This document shows, piece after piece, positions 1-8,324 of a stretch of DNA of 64,000 nucleotides. This DNA is from Negativicutes bacterium. Lineage in GTDB: Bacteria > Bacillota > Negativicutes > UBA1444. The first letter of the stretch is position 1. Each line of letters opens with the position of its first letter. A model generated the notes under the pieces. It was not told where the DNA came from. It made no database searches and worked only from the letters and a program-made list of their open reading frames with translations. The position numbers were made by a program, and so were the translations under genes. The stretch is from contig CAXXIN010000007.1 of NCBI GenBank assembly GCA_963665275.2, forward strand, positions 672,001-736,000, given 5' to 3'.

Positions 1-1
1 A

Positions 2-553
2 GGCACACTGACTGCTACGGCGACCACCGGCGGAACAACAACTGCGGTGTATGGATTAACTTATACTGTAACGGATTCTGATGGCGACAAGAGAACCACG
101 GCCAGCGATGCGTTATCAGATTTTACGCAGACCACTGCCGCCAATAATTTGCGTGCTGATGGCTCGGCCACAATTTTGATTGGCGCCAACACTGGACAAG
201 ATTTCAATATTTCAATCGATGCCATGGACGCCAGCTCACTTGGCGTAGCCAATCTTACCGTCACATCCCAGACGGCAGCCGAAGTGGCCATCTCGGTCAT
301 CGACACCGCAACTTCAATGGTGTCGGCTGCACGTGGTAAAATGGGCGCCGAAGAAAATCGTTTGGAACACACCATTAACAACTTAACTACAGCCAGCGAA
401 AACACCACGGCAGCTGAGTCCCGTATTCGCGATGTAGATATGGCGGCTGAAATGGCAGAGTACACCAAGCTCAGTGTTATCAACCAAGCTGCCACTGCTA
501 TGTTGGCACAATCCAATCAGTTGCCCCAACAAGTTCTGTCACTTCTGCAATAA
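2..553 (+). CDS. fliC: Flagellin, 3' part (5' end outside the window)
   Basis: Frame is open from nt 2 (GTLTATATTGGTTTAVYG...). It contains the IGAN motif and the flagellin C-terminal signature (RGKMGAEENRLEHTINNL...AAESRIRDVDMAAEM...AMLAQSNQLPQQVLSLLQ). Confidence 0.96.
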   Translation, partial: GTLTATATTGGTTTAVYGLTYTVTDSDGDKRTTASDALSDFTQTTAANNLRADGSATILIGANTGQDFNISIDAMDASSLGVANLTVTSQTAAEVAISVIDTATSMVSAARGKMGAEENRLEHTINNLTTASENTTAAESRIRDVDMAAEMAEYTKLSVINQAATAMLAQSNQLPQQVLSLLQ

Positions 554-597
554 CCTCACAATCTCAACCTGACCCGGTAACAAATTCTCATAAACAT

Positions 598-623
598 AAG
601 GGATGTACTCTTGTACATCCCTT
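598..623 (+). terminator. Hairpin after flagellin (terminator or mRNA-stabilising stem)
   Basis: Perfect 11-bp stem AAGGGATGTAC-tctt-GTACATCCCTT with only a weak T-tract (gatttat). Confidence 0.65.
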
Positions 624-655
624 GATTTATATCTCAACGAAAGGCTGTTAAATTT

Positions 656-2611
656 ATGGCAACAATTTCTCTATGTGTTATCACCAAAAACGAACATGAT
701 AATATTGCCCGTTGCCTGCGTAGCGTTAAAAACGATGTCGCTGAAATGATCGTTGTCGATACAGGCTCTTCGGATGATACGGTCTCCATTGCCCAATCAT
801 TGGGTGCTAAAATTTTTCATTACACTTGGGCTAATGATTTTTCCGCCGCACGTAACTTTGCATTGGATCAGGCTGTCGGGGACTGGATCATATTTTTGGA
901 TGCCGACGAATATTTTGAGCAAGGTACAAGCACTGCGCTTCCAGATGTTGTGCGGAAAATTCACGGGAATCGAAAAATTGATGCCGCTTGCATATTAATG
1001 AAACATATGGAATCAATTGATGGAGCCGTGATCGCGCACACCCAACTTGTTCGCCTTTTTCGTCATTCCCGGCTGATCCGATATCACGGGCGAATTCATG
1101 AAGCGATATACAAGCAGGGACGCAGTCCTGTTGCAGTTTATGTGCCGGAATCAACGTTAGCTATTCGGCATACCGGTTACTCGCAATCCAGATTACCTGA
1201 AAAAGCTCTTCGGAATCTTCCACTATTGGAGCAGGAAGTCGCAGACAATGCAACCAATTGTCTGACTTACTATCATATCAGTCAATCACATATTCTATTG
1301 CATAATTATGAGCAGGCTGCTCATTACGCTTTGAAAGCACTCGAAAATAATGAAGAAATTATGTTTTCCAACGCCCGCTATAAGCCTTACGTTTTTTATA
1401 TCAAAAGCATGCTATTATTGAACTTATTCATGCAAGACAAAGTCGCAACGATGGTTGCAGAGGCATTGGAAAAGCATCCTGACCATCCAGAAATATTGCA
1501 CTGCATCGGCATGTATCATCAAAAATGCGGTCGCTACTCCAAAGCATTACCGTTTTTAGTGCAATCCTTGGTTGCGAATGAAAACTTTCACAGCAACTTG
1601 GACAATGAATTCTTGAAAATCAAGGGACAAGTTCAAGAGGAAATTGCCGTTCTTCACGATAAGATGAATCATGTGTCGCAAGCCTTCGATTATACCATTG
1701 CCGCCCTTAAATCTGACAAGCATCTTGGTTCGTCTTTGGCGCGGCTTCTCTCTCAAGTCAAAACGCAAAAACCTGCCGACATTGTTCAATTGCTTGACAG
1801 TCTCTACAACGTTCAAAACAAGGCTGATGTTGATTTTTTAGTTCGCAATCTCGCTGTGTTGAATCAGAAACACCTGTTCGCCCACTATCTCAAGTTGCTA
1901 TCCACACAGTTCCAGGAAAACTATTTTATCGGTATGAAATTCCTTGTATGCGATAAATACGAAGCGGCTTTTCAGTGTTTTGCGACGCTCGTTGAGCATT
2001 CTAATCCAGATGGCGCCGAGCTATTCGCAGTGGTTTCTTGCCTTTTGGCCGACCGCCCAGATTGGCTGTCCAGCTTAGTATCACCAGCCGACTCTCCATT
2101 GCGGAAAATCGCCAGTATATATTTCCAGTTGGATTCAGCAGTTGATCTGTCCGATGTGAATTTTTCATCCTACTCCACGCTATTTCTAAATTTCATCCAC
2201 TTGAGTTCAGAAGAACAATTATTTCGGCTACTGCAAGTTTCTTCTCGTTTCTTGCAACCAGGCGCCCCTCTGAAAGTGTTGGATCATCTGATAAAGTATC
2301 ACGTATATCCGCCTGTTTTTCATTTTTGTTTAGAGCGGCTGCAAACAACAACAATTACTTCCGACTTGGCCGGACAGTATTCTATGCGTGCCGGTTTTTG
2401 TTGCTATAAAGTTAAGGACTGGGAACATGCTGTATTTTTTTTCAGACAAGCCTTACCACACGAAACGTCTCGAAGTGCCGCAGTAGAGTTATTAACCTGG
2501 TCGTATCAACAATGCCTCGATCCTACTGTACGCAAAAAAATAGAAGCCATCTGCGAAGAATACAATCTAGACCTTGCTCTGCCGGCGCATACTCCAGTTA
2601 ACGGGGTGTGA
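656..2611 (+). CDS. GT2 glycosyltransferase with C-terminal TPRs; probable flagellin O-glycosyltransferase
   Basis: N-terminal ISLCVITKNE...VVDTGSSD...DFSAARN...FLDADE (DxD)...IHE...HTGY, followed by helical TPR-like repeats. Lies directly downstream of flagellin. Confidence 0.88.
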   Translation: MATISLCVITKNEHDNIARCLRSVKNDVAEMIVVDTGSSDDTVSIAQSLGAKIFHYTWANDFSAARNFALDQAVGDWIIFLDADEYFEQGTSTALPDVVRKIHGNRKIDAACILMKHMESIDGAVIAHTQLVRLFRHSRLIRYHGRIHEAIYKQGRSPVAVYVPESTLAIRHTGYSQSRLPEKALRNLPLLEQEVADNATNCLTYYHISQSHILLHNYEQAAHYALKALENNEEIMFSNARYKPYVFYIKSMLLLNLFMQDKVATMVAEALEKHPDHPEILHCIGMYHQKCGRYSKALPFLVQSLVANENFHSNLDNEFLKIKGQVQEEIAVLHDKMNHVSQAFDYTIAALKSDKHLGSSLARLLSQVKTQKPADIVQLLDSLYNVQNKADVDFLVRNLAVLNQKHLFAHYLKLLSTQFQENYFIGMKFLVCDKYEAAFQCFATLVEHSNPDGAELFAVVSCLLADRPDWLSSLVSPADSPLRKIASIYFQLDSAVDLSDVNFSSYSTLFLNFIHLSSEEQLFRLLQVSSRFLQPGAPLKVLDHLIKYHVYPPVFHFCLERLQTTTITSDLAGQYSMRAGFCCYKVKDWEHAVFFFRQALPHETSRSAAVELLTWSYQQCLDPTVRKKIEAICEEYNLDLALPAHTPVNGV

Positions 2612-2643
2612 TCACGGCACAGCATCCCTGTTTGTCACAAAAC

Positions 2644-4710
2644 TCAACCTATCTTGCTGTTTGCAAGGGTCTTTGCTTTTTCGTTGTTCACTAATTCAAT
2701 GATCGATTTTGCTCTCTTAATTTCTTGGGGATATTGCGCAGCACCCGCACTTGAAACGAATTTTGCAAAAGCCTCCACTGCCGGATCCACTTCACCCAGT
2801 TTCATATGAAGTTCGGCTTTATTAAAGAGCCAAATCGGATTAGCGCCAAAGAGCAAGGCAATTTCAGTGCATGATAATGCTTCTTTGAACATATTGTTTT
2901 TGAAAAGCACTTGCACTAAATTTCCCAGTGGTTCCAAGGTGCTGATAACATTTTTCTTTTGCACAGAATATTCTTGGGCCAAGCACGCAGCATTGCGTGC
3001 TAAATTTTTAGTATAGTTTATTGTTTTGGGGCTCGTATATTTCAATGCAATGGGCAGAATATGCGATAAATCAACGGGTTTCTTTTGCGTTTTCACCTCA
3101 GCATTTTTGTCGGCAAGATCATAATGCTTAGCCATTTCCGCCAACATATGAGCGGTTACCTCGCCCCCCTCCATCAAAGAAGTAAACAGTACTTCCCAAT
3201 GGAAACCCTCACCCGCTTTTCGGTCATATCTTGATAACGAATTTATCCATCCTACATATATTTTTGACTTTAACTGCTCTATCGACCGCAATGGAAAATG
3301 GGCAATCCTAAGCTCTTCTATGACAGCCTTACCTATACTGTTTCCGTCATGATGTTGGATTACAACATCATGCGACCCCATTGCCAATTGAAGGCTCTGC
3401 CTCTGCATAACATACTTGCTAACCATTACTTTATAAAACTTTTCATATTGTTCTTGCCGCATATGCTGCATTTTTAATAACGCAACCGGCTCTTCCGGAT
3501 CATCGTTGCCATCTGGAATATATGTCCGCCATTTTACATAATGGAGTTTTTGCAAATCAACTTCTTCCAATACGACTCTGGGATTTTCCGACTCATTCGG
3601 GACAATAAATTCGTCAGCATCCAGAGGAATAATCAAATCCGGTTGAAACGTTTTCATTGCCTCGTGAAGAATTTGGCTCATTTTGGCATCTTGCAAATAA
3701 TTTGTCTCAGGGTCATCGTATATATATAGTGGAAATCCTTCCGAACGTAAATTTTCCAGAATGGACTTGGTATCATCACAACTTCCGTTATCTACGACCA
3801 CCATTCCATCAAAAATATTCATGTGATATCGCACGAAAGACTCAATAATATCTTCTTCGTTTTTAATCATACTGATGGAGAATATCTTTCTTTTCGGCGT
3901 CGCAAAGCTACATTTTCTACATAACACGGAAACCGTGTCATGGTCTAAATACTGGCGAATATATTCTTTTTTTTCGTTCAGTAAAATGTCATCATATTCA
4001 TCTTGCATGAGGTTTCCCATAATATATTCCATGCCGTAATCCATGCAGCAAAGTACCACTCTGCCGTCCGGCAACAGCACGTTATGATTCAAATCAATAC
4101 CGGACAAACAACACTGAATTCGTCCACGGTGGTGAACCCGATTCATTTTGATCCCGCCGCTATCCTCAACATTGCCGGCGCGGTCATGAATAGACAGACG
4201 CATATTAACATCGACAATTTTTTGAACTTCTGACGGAGTCGGCCCATGTGCACAAAATTTCATGATTTTCTTCAGCCTATCGGGCGCCGTTGAAACAATG
4301 CACTGCAATAATTGCAAGTATTCCGCTGTAACCATGATTTTTGAATTGCCATCGATATCCGGCAGATGAATGACAAAATCCGTGAAGTCAATGCCCTTAA
4401 TGCGATCAAAATCATCTAATGTCATACCAACTAACGTAGTGTATACCGCAATTCGATGGCCTTTTTGCGCTGCATACAAAAGCATCTGGGTTGCATCCGG
4501 GTTAAGCCAAGGCTCCGCCATACCTGAAAAATCAATCCGGACACTGGCGGGAACTTTATCAATGCAATTTTTATAGGTTTCCATGGTTAAAACATTAACA
4601 TTAGAGCATTTTGAGTATTCTTGTATCAATTTCAATTGCGGGCAAAGCACACAATCCACTTTACAGCCGATCCGAGTTGTAATTTCCAAAGTGCCAGCGG
4701 ATTTTATCAT
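2644..4710 (-). CDS. Fusion protein: radical SAM + SPASM/twitch domain, GT2-like glycosyltransferase, TPR
   Basis: CKVDCVLC (CX3CX2C) at aa 16-23, FSGMAEP motif, and extra cysteines (IQCC...LLPDGRVVLCCMDY...LCRKC). Then SMIKNEEDII...VVDNGSCD...PLDADEF (GT-A fold) and C-terminal TPR-like helices. Confidence 0.85.
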   Translation of the reverse strand: MIKSAGTLEITTRIGCKVDCVLCPQLKLIQEYSKCSNVNVLTMETYKNCIDKVPASVRIDFSGMAEPWLNPDATQMLLYAAQKGHRIAVYTTLVGMTLDDFDRIKGIDFTDFVIHLPDIDGNSKIMVTAEYLQLLQCIVSTAPDRLKKIMKFCAHGPTPSEVQKIVDVNMRLSIHDRAGNVEDSGGIKMNRVHHRGRIQCCLSGIDLNHNVLLPDGRVVLCCMDYGMEYIMGNLMQDEYDDILLNEKKEYIRQYLDHDTVSVLCRKCSFATPKRKIFSISMIKNEEDIIESFVRYHMNIFDGMVVVDNGSCDDTKSILENLRSEGFPLYIYDDPETNYLQDAKMSQILHEAMKTFQPDLIIPLDADEFIVPNESENPRVVLEEVDLQKLHYVKWRTYIPDGNDDPEEPVALLKMQHMRQEQYEKFYKVMVSKYVMQRQSLQLAMGSHDVVIQHHDGNSIGKAVIEELRIAHFPLRSIEQLKSKIYVGWINSLSRYDRKAGEGFHWEVLFTSLMEGGEVTAHMLAEMAKHYDLADKNAEVKTQKKPVDLSHILPIALKYTSPKTINYTKNLARNAACLAQEYSVQKKNVISTLEPLGNLVQVLFKNNMFKEALSCTEIALLFGANPIWLFNKAELHMKLGEVDPAVEAFAKFVSSAGAAQYPQEIKRAKSIIELVNNEKAKTLANSKIG

Positions 4711-4730
4711 TTACGTTTCCTCCCAAGAAG

Positions 4731-6503
4731 TCATTCAGCTTCGCCCGATGAATCCAATTTTTGTTGAGCTTTTGCCGAATTAATTCGTTCGATCAAGAGC
4801 AGATCATTGTCAGTTTTATTGATAATTCCATGCATATAATTTAGTGCTGCATCATATTCTTGTAGTCTGAATAGAACATAGCTGAAATTATATAGCGTAT
4901 TCGAATCTTCGGAATTAATTCGCAAAGCTTGTTGCAAATATGGAATAACACAGTCGAATTTTTTTTCGGCAAAATTAGCTGACGCGATTCTATTTAGCAC
5001 ATCAGTTTGATTGGAAACATCCCTATCGATGATCTCTATGACTGTTTCAATTGGGTATCGATTGAGAGCCTTAATGTTTTCCATCACATTGATATCTCGT
5101 GCAAGTTCCAGCAGTATTTCCCTTAATTCATCAAGCACGAACCCTTTGGGGGCACTGATCAGATATTGATATGCCAAATATTGATCCTTAAATTTATTTT
5201 CAGTCATGGCGCTGATGGTATCAACATACTGTTTGTCACTCTCAGAGCAAGCAATTTGCGTTGTACTGCACTGCAACTGGCTAAACCCGACGCCAAAAAA
5301 CATTTTTTTTATTTCATTTAGCGTAAAAAAACGTAAATGTGTTTTATCGAGAATCCCTGCATTTTCGTAGTTCCAATGCCCGTACAGCAAATTCCGAATC
5401 ACACTGAAATGCATCACATTGGGAATGCTGGCAAGAATTTTTCCACCCGGCGCTAAATATTGATAAAGCATCTGTAGTGCTCCCCAAGGGTTTTTCAGAT
5501 GCTCTAAAATATCAGCTAAAATAATATACTGAAAAAAACGTTTGGGATATGGCAATTCCAACGCTTCAACATCCGCAGCGCACACGTCGGCAAAGGTACT
5601 GGCATCCTGCGCTGCATTCACATTTAATTCAATTCCATATAATGCTGCGCTACGAAATTGATTCCGTATCTGTAACAAAGTGGCCCCACAAGCACAACCG
5701 ACTTCTAGAACTCGAAAAGCTTCATCTCGCGGCGCATCAATAAAATTGATAATTTCTTGGCGAATCATCATTGAGTAGTTGGATGAATAGCCCCATTTAT
5801 TTTCGAACTTTTGAGCGTTGGTTTGCAACAATTGGTTATACTCTGAAGCTTTGTCCCGAAAAGACACACTGCCAAAATGGTGAATAAAAGTGTCCCGGCA
5901 AAGCAGCAGTTTATACCCTGCCCGTCTGATTCTTACCGAATAGTCGTCGTCTTCAAAATTGCCTGGTGAAAACATTTCATCCAATAGTCCAACTTTTTCC
6001 ACAACTTCTTTTTTGATTAGTAAACAAAAACCCACTAATTTTAATCTTTCGTCCCACTTAGCAGCAGTTGATATATTGTAATCCTTGGCGAATCGCTGCA
6101 TCTCCTGAATCGATTTATATTGCACAGCAATAGTTTGACCATACGAGCAATTATTCGTCACTGCGCCGACCGCGCCAATCTCGGGATTACTATATAAAGC
6201 TTGCAATAAATTGCTAAGCCAATTGTTCGTTACTATCACGTCATTATTCAGCAACAAGACATTATCGCCTTTGGCAATCGTCATTCCCTGATTACACCCT
6301 GTAGGGAATCCCATATTTTCGCGGTTGAATATTGTTCGCACGTCTTTTTGCTGTTTCAACCATTTTTCGGTGCCATCTGTGGAATGGTTGTCCACAATAA
6401 CAATTTCATAGGTTCCCTGTTTAGTATATTTTCTGATGCTGTCGATGCATTGCCGCGTGTACTCAATTTTATTATATGTAAGAATAACAATGCTGGTTTT
6501 CAT
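4731..6503 (-). CDS. Fusion protein: GT2 glycosyltransferase, class I SAM-dependent methyltransferase, TPR
   Basis: SIVILTYN...VVDNHSTD...LLNND...FEDDD (GT2); VLEVGCACG...ADILEHL...GILDKTHLRFFT (methyltransferase); C-terminal TPR. RBS GAGGAG upstream. Confidence 0.88.
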   Translation of the reverse strand: MKTSIVILTYNKIEYTRQCIDSIRKYTKQGTYEIVIVDNHSTDGTEKWLKQQKDVRTIFNRENMGFPTGCNQGMTIAKGDNVLLLNNDVIVTNNWLSNLLQALYSNPEIGAVGAVTNNCSYGQTIAVQYKSIQEMQRFAKDYNISTAAKWDERLKLVGFCLLIKKEVVEKVGLLDEMFSPGNFEDDDYSVRIRRAGYKLLLCRDTFIHHFGSVSFRDKASEYNQLLQTNAQKFENKWGYSSNYSMMIRQEIINFIDAPRDEAFRVLEVGCACGATLLQIRNQFRSAALYGIELNVNAAQDASTFADVCAADVEALELPYPKRFFQYIILADILEHLKNPWGALQMLYQYLAPGGKILASIPNVMHFSVIRNLLYGHWNYENAGILDKTHLRFFTLNEIKKMFFGVGFSQLQCSTTQIACSESDKQYVDTISAMTENKFKDQYLAYQYLISAPKGFVLDELREILLELARDINVMENIKALNRYPIETVIEIIDRDVSNQTDVLNRIASANFAEKKFDCVIPYLQQALRINSEDSNTLYNFSYVLFRLQEYDAALNYMHGIINKTDNDLLLIERINSAKAQQKLDSSGEAE

Positions 6504-6573
6504 GTTGCTCCTCTATGCATAAGTTACGCAAATTAATTGACAGCTGTACCTGATAAATAATGAATTCACTTTT

Positions 6574-6616
6574 AAATAATCCCCCGTTGGCCAAAAACGC
6601 CGTCGGGGGATTATTT
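6574..6616 (-). terminator. Intrinsic terminator downstream of the EF-hand gene (possibly bidirectional)
   Basis: AAATAATCCCCCG (6574-6586) pairs with CGGGGGATTATTT (6604-6616); flanked by A/T tracts. Confidence 0.75.
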
Positions 6617-6668
6617 TTTCTTAGTAATTACTCAAACTTTATACGTTGATAACTTCAAAAAGAATACC

Positions 6669-7295
6669 TTATACGCTGGTTACCCCGGCATTGCCGCCCA
6701 TCGCCGTAGCATATTCAGATTCCGTTAAGCCGCCCGACCCATCCTGATCAAGGCTGTTGAACAAATTTGCCGCCATTTCTTCACTTACGTCTTCGGGGCG
6801 AGCCGCTGCCAGTTCATCGGCGCTTACGACACCGTCTTGGTTAGTATCCAGTTCACTGAACGACTGTGAATCAGTTGACGATCCTGAATCGGACGACGTA
6901 GACGAAGGCGGCGGCGGTGGCATATTATCCATGGCTGCAAATTCCGATTCCGTCAAGGAACTCGAACTATCCGAGTCAATGGTGCTATAAAGATTAGCAG
7001 CCATTTCTTCACTTACATCACTGGGTCGCGCTGATGTGAACTCCGTTTCGCTGAGTGATCCGTCTCCGTCGGTATCCATCTTGCTAAACATTTCCGATGC
7101 CGACACCATGGAAGATTTTGCCGCATCAGACAACTGGAATGTATCTCCGTCCGAATTGCTGGCAACAACTCCCGATAATGCGGATGTCGAGCTTTGCGAT
7201 GACTCTTCACTCGACTTGGAACTCTTTGTTCCACTATTGGCATACAGGCTGAGCAACAGTGCGGAGGAAGTGTTGTTCACGGAAGAAATGCTCAT
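6669..7295 (-). CDS. Four-EF-hand calcium-binding protein, Ser-rich
   Basis: EF loops DTDGDGSLSETE, DSDSSSSLTESE (degenerate), DTNQDGVVSADE and DQDGSGGLTESE, with a PPPPP linker. Start moved to ATG 7295 (MSISSV) because of an AGAAGG RBS and the promoter position. Confidence 0.85.
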   Translation of the reverse strand: MSISSVNNTSSALLLSLYANSGTKSSKSSEESSQSSTSALSGVVASNSDGDTFQLSDAAKSSMVSASEMFSKMDTDGDGSLSETEFTSARPSDVSEEMAANLYSTIDSDSSSSLTESEFAAMDNMPPPPPSSTSSDSGSSTDSQSFSELDTNQDGVVSADELAAARPEDVSEEMAANLFNSLDQDGSGGLTESEYATAMGGNAGVTSV

Positions 7296-7350
7296 TTTCA
7301 CACGCCTTCTTTCATATTTTTGGGACACGCTTTTGAAAATGTCCTTAGTC

Positions 7351-7379
7351 ATTATAATTGTCGCCGTTTTCTCTTTGAA
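7351..7379 (-). promoter_or_regulatory. Putative sigma-A promoter of the EF-hand gene
   Basis: TTCAAA-N17-TATAAT on the - strand. Confidence 0.6.
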
Positions 7380-7423
7380 TATCATTTAATAATTGGCCTG
7401 TTATTCTTTTTTATGGAAACAGA

Positions 7424-7470
7424 AAAGCAGTGGACTTCTTGCCTTGTATAGCCAAGAAGTCCACTGCTTT
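7424..7470 (-). terminator. Terminator downstream of hyi
   Basis: Perfect 18-bp inverted repeat AAAGCAGTGGACTTCTTG / CAAGAAGTCCACTGCTTT. Confidence 0.8.
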
Positions 7471-7500
7471 ATTTTATCGTTCGAAAGGGCGTTAACCCAA

Positions 7501-8286
7501 TTACAAACTGAATCCGTAATCCCCGATCCAACGGAAAGAGCTGGCGCTATCCGAGATCGGTAGGTATTCGAGCCCGACATATCCTGTATACCCGGCAGCG
7601 TCAAAATCAGCCAACAACCAACGAAAATTGATCTCACCTGTTCCTGGTTGGTGCCTCCCGGGGTTATCGGCAATCTGGATATGTGCTATTTTTGACAGGG
7701 AGTTCCGCAAAATCCCGGAGAGTTCCCCTTCCATTCTTTGCGCATGGTAAACGTCATATTGAAGAAAAGCATTGGCGTGCCCGACTTCCTCCAACAATTC
7801 CAGCACCTGCGAGGTAGTATTCAGTGTGAACTCCGGCATGTCGCGCGAATTGAGCGGTTCAACCAGCAGTTTGACGCCGACGGCGGACAGAGTTTCCGCC
7901 GCAAACCGCAGGTTGTCAACCAACGTCTTTCGTTGCTCGGAAACTGGAATGTCCGGCAGCGTTTTCCCTGCCAGGCAGTTTACCTGCGGCGCCTTAAGCG
8001 CTTTGGCATATTCGGCTGCTTTATGTACGCCCGCCTGAAATTCCGGCTTGCGGGCGGGATCTATGGCGATGCCCCGGTCACCCGCCGCCCAGTTTCCTGC
8101 AGGCAAATTGAACAGCACAAGTTTTTGACCATTGTCAGACAAGACTTTTTGCAGATCCGCAATCGCATATTCATAAGGAGACATAAATTCCACCGCTTTG
8201 AACCCTGCTTTATTAGCTGCGGCAAAGCGCTCCATGAATGGAACTTCTTGAAACAGCATCGTCAGATTCACGGAAAATTTCGGCAT
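7501..8286 (-). CDS. hyi: Hydroxypyruvate isomerase family protein
   Basis: MPKFSVNLTMLF...AGFKAVEF...VEPLN...YDVYHAQRMEG...HIQIADNPGRHQPGTGEIN...GLEY. Confidence 0.9.
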   Translation of the reverse strand: MPKFSVNLTMLFQEVPFMERFAAANKAGFKAVEFMSPYEYAIADLQKVLSDNGQKLVLFNLPAGNWAAGDRGIAIDPARKPEFQAGVHKAAEYAKALKAPQVNCLAGKTLPDIPVSEQRKTLVDNLRFAAETLSAVGVKLLVEPLNSRDMPEFTLNTTSQVLELLEEVGHANAFLQYDVYHAQRMEGELSGILRNSLSKIAHIQIADNPGRHQPGTGEINFRWLLADFDAAGYTGYVGLEYLPISDSASSFRWIGDYGFSL

Positions 8287-8324
8287 ATCTTCAGACTCCT
8301 TTCTGGTATAGTCTTGGCGCAGCT

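Noticed and set aside
2644-4710. Radical SAM fusion as the missing AmmeMemoRadiSam enzyme or a RiPP maturase
   Set aside because: It lies more than 30 kb from amrAB, is fused to a glycosyltransferase, and has no adjacent precursor peptide or RRE domain that I can see.
7296-7400. Possible sigma-28 promoter for the EF-hand gene (TAAA...GGCGACAA)
   Set aside because: Spacing is 19 nt rather than 15-16, and a well-spaced sigma-A promoter fits better.
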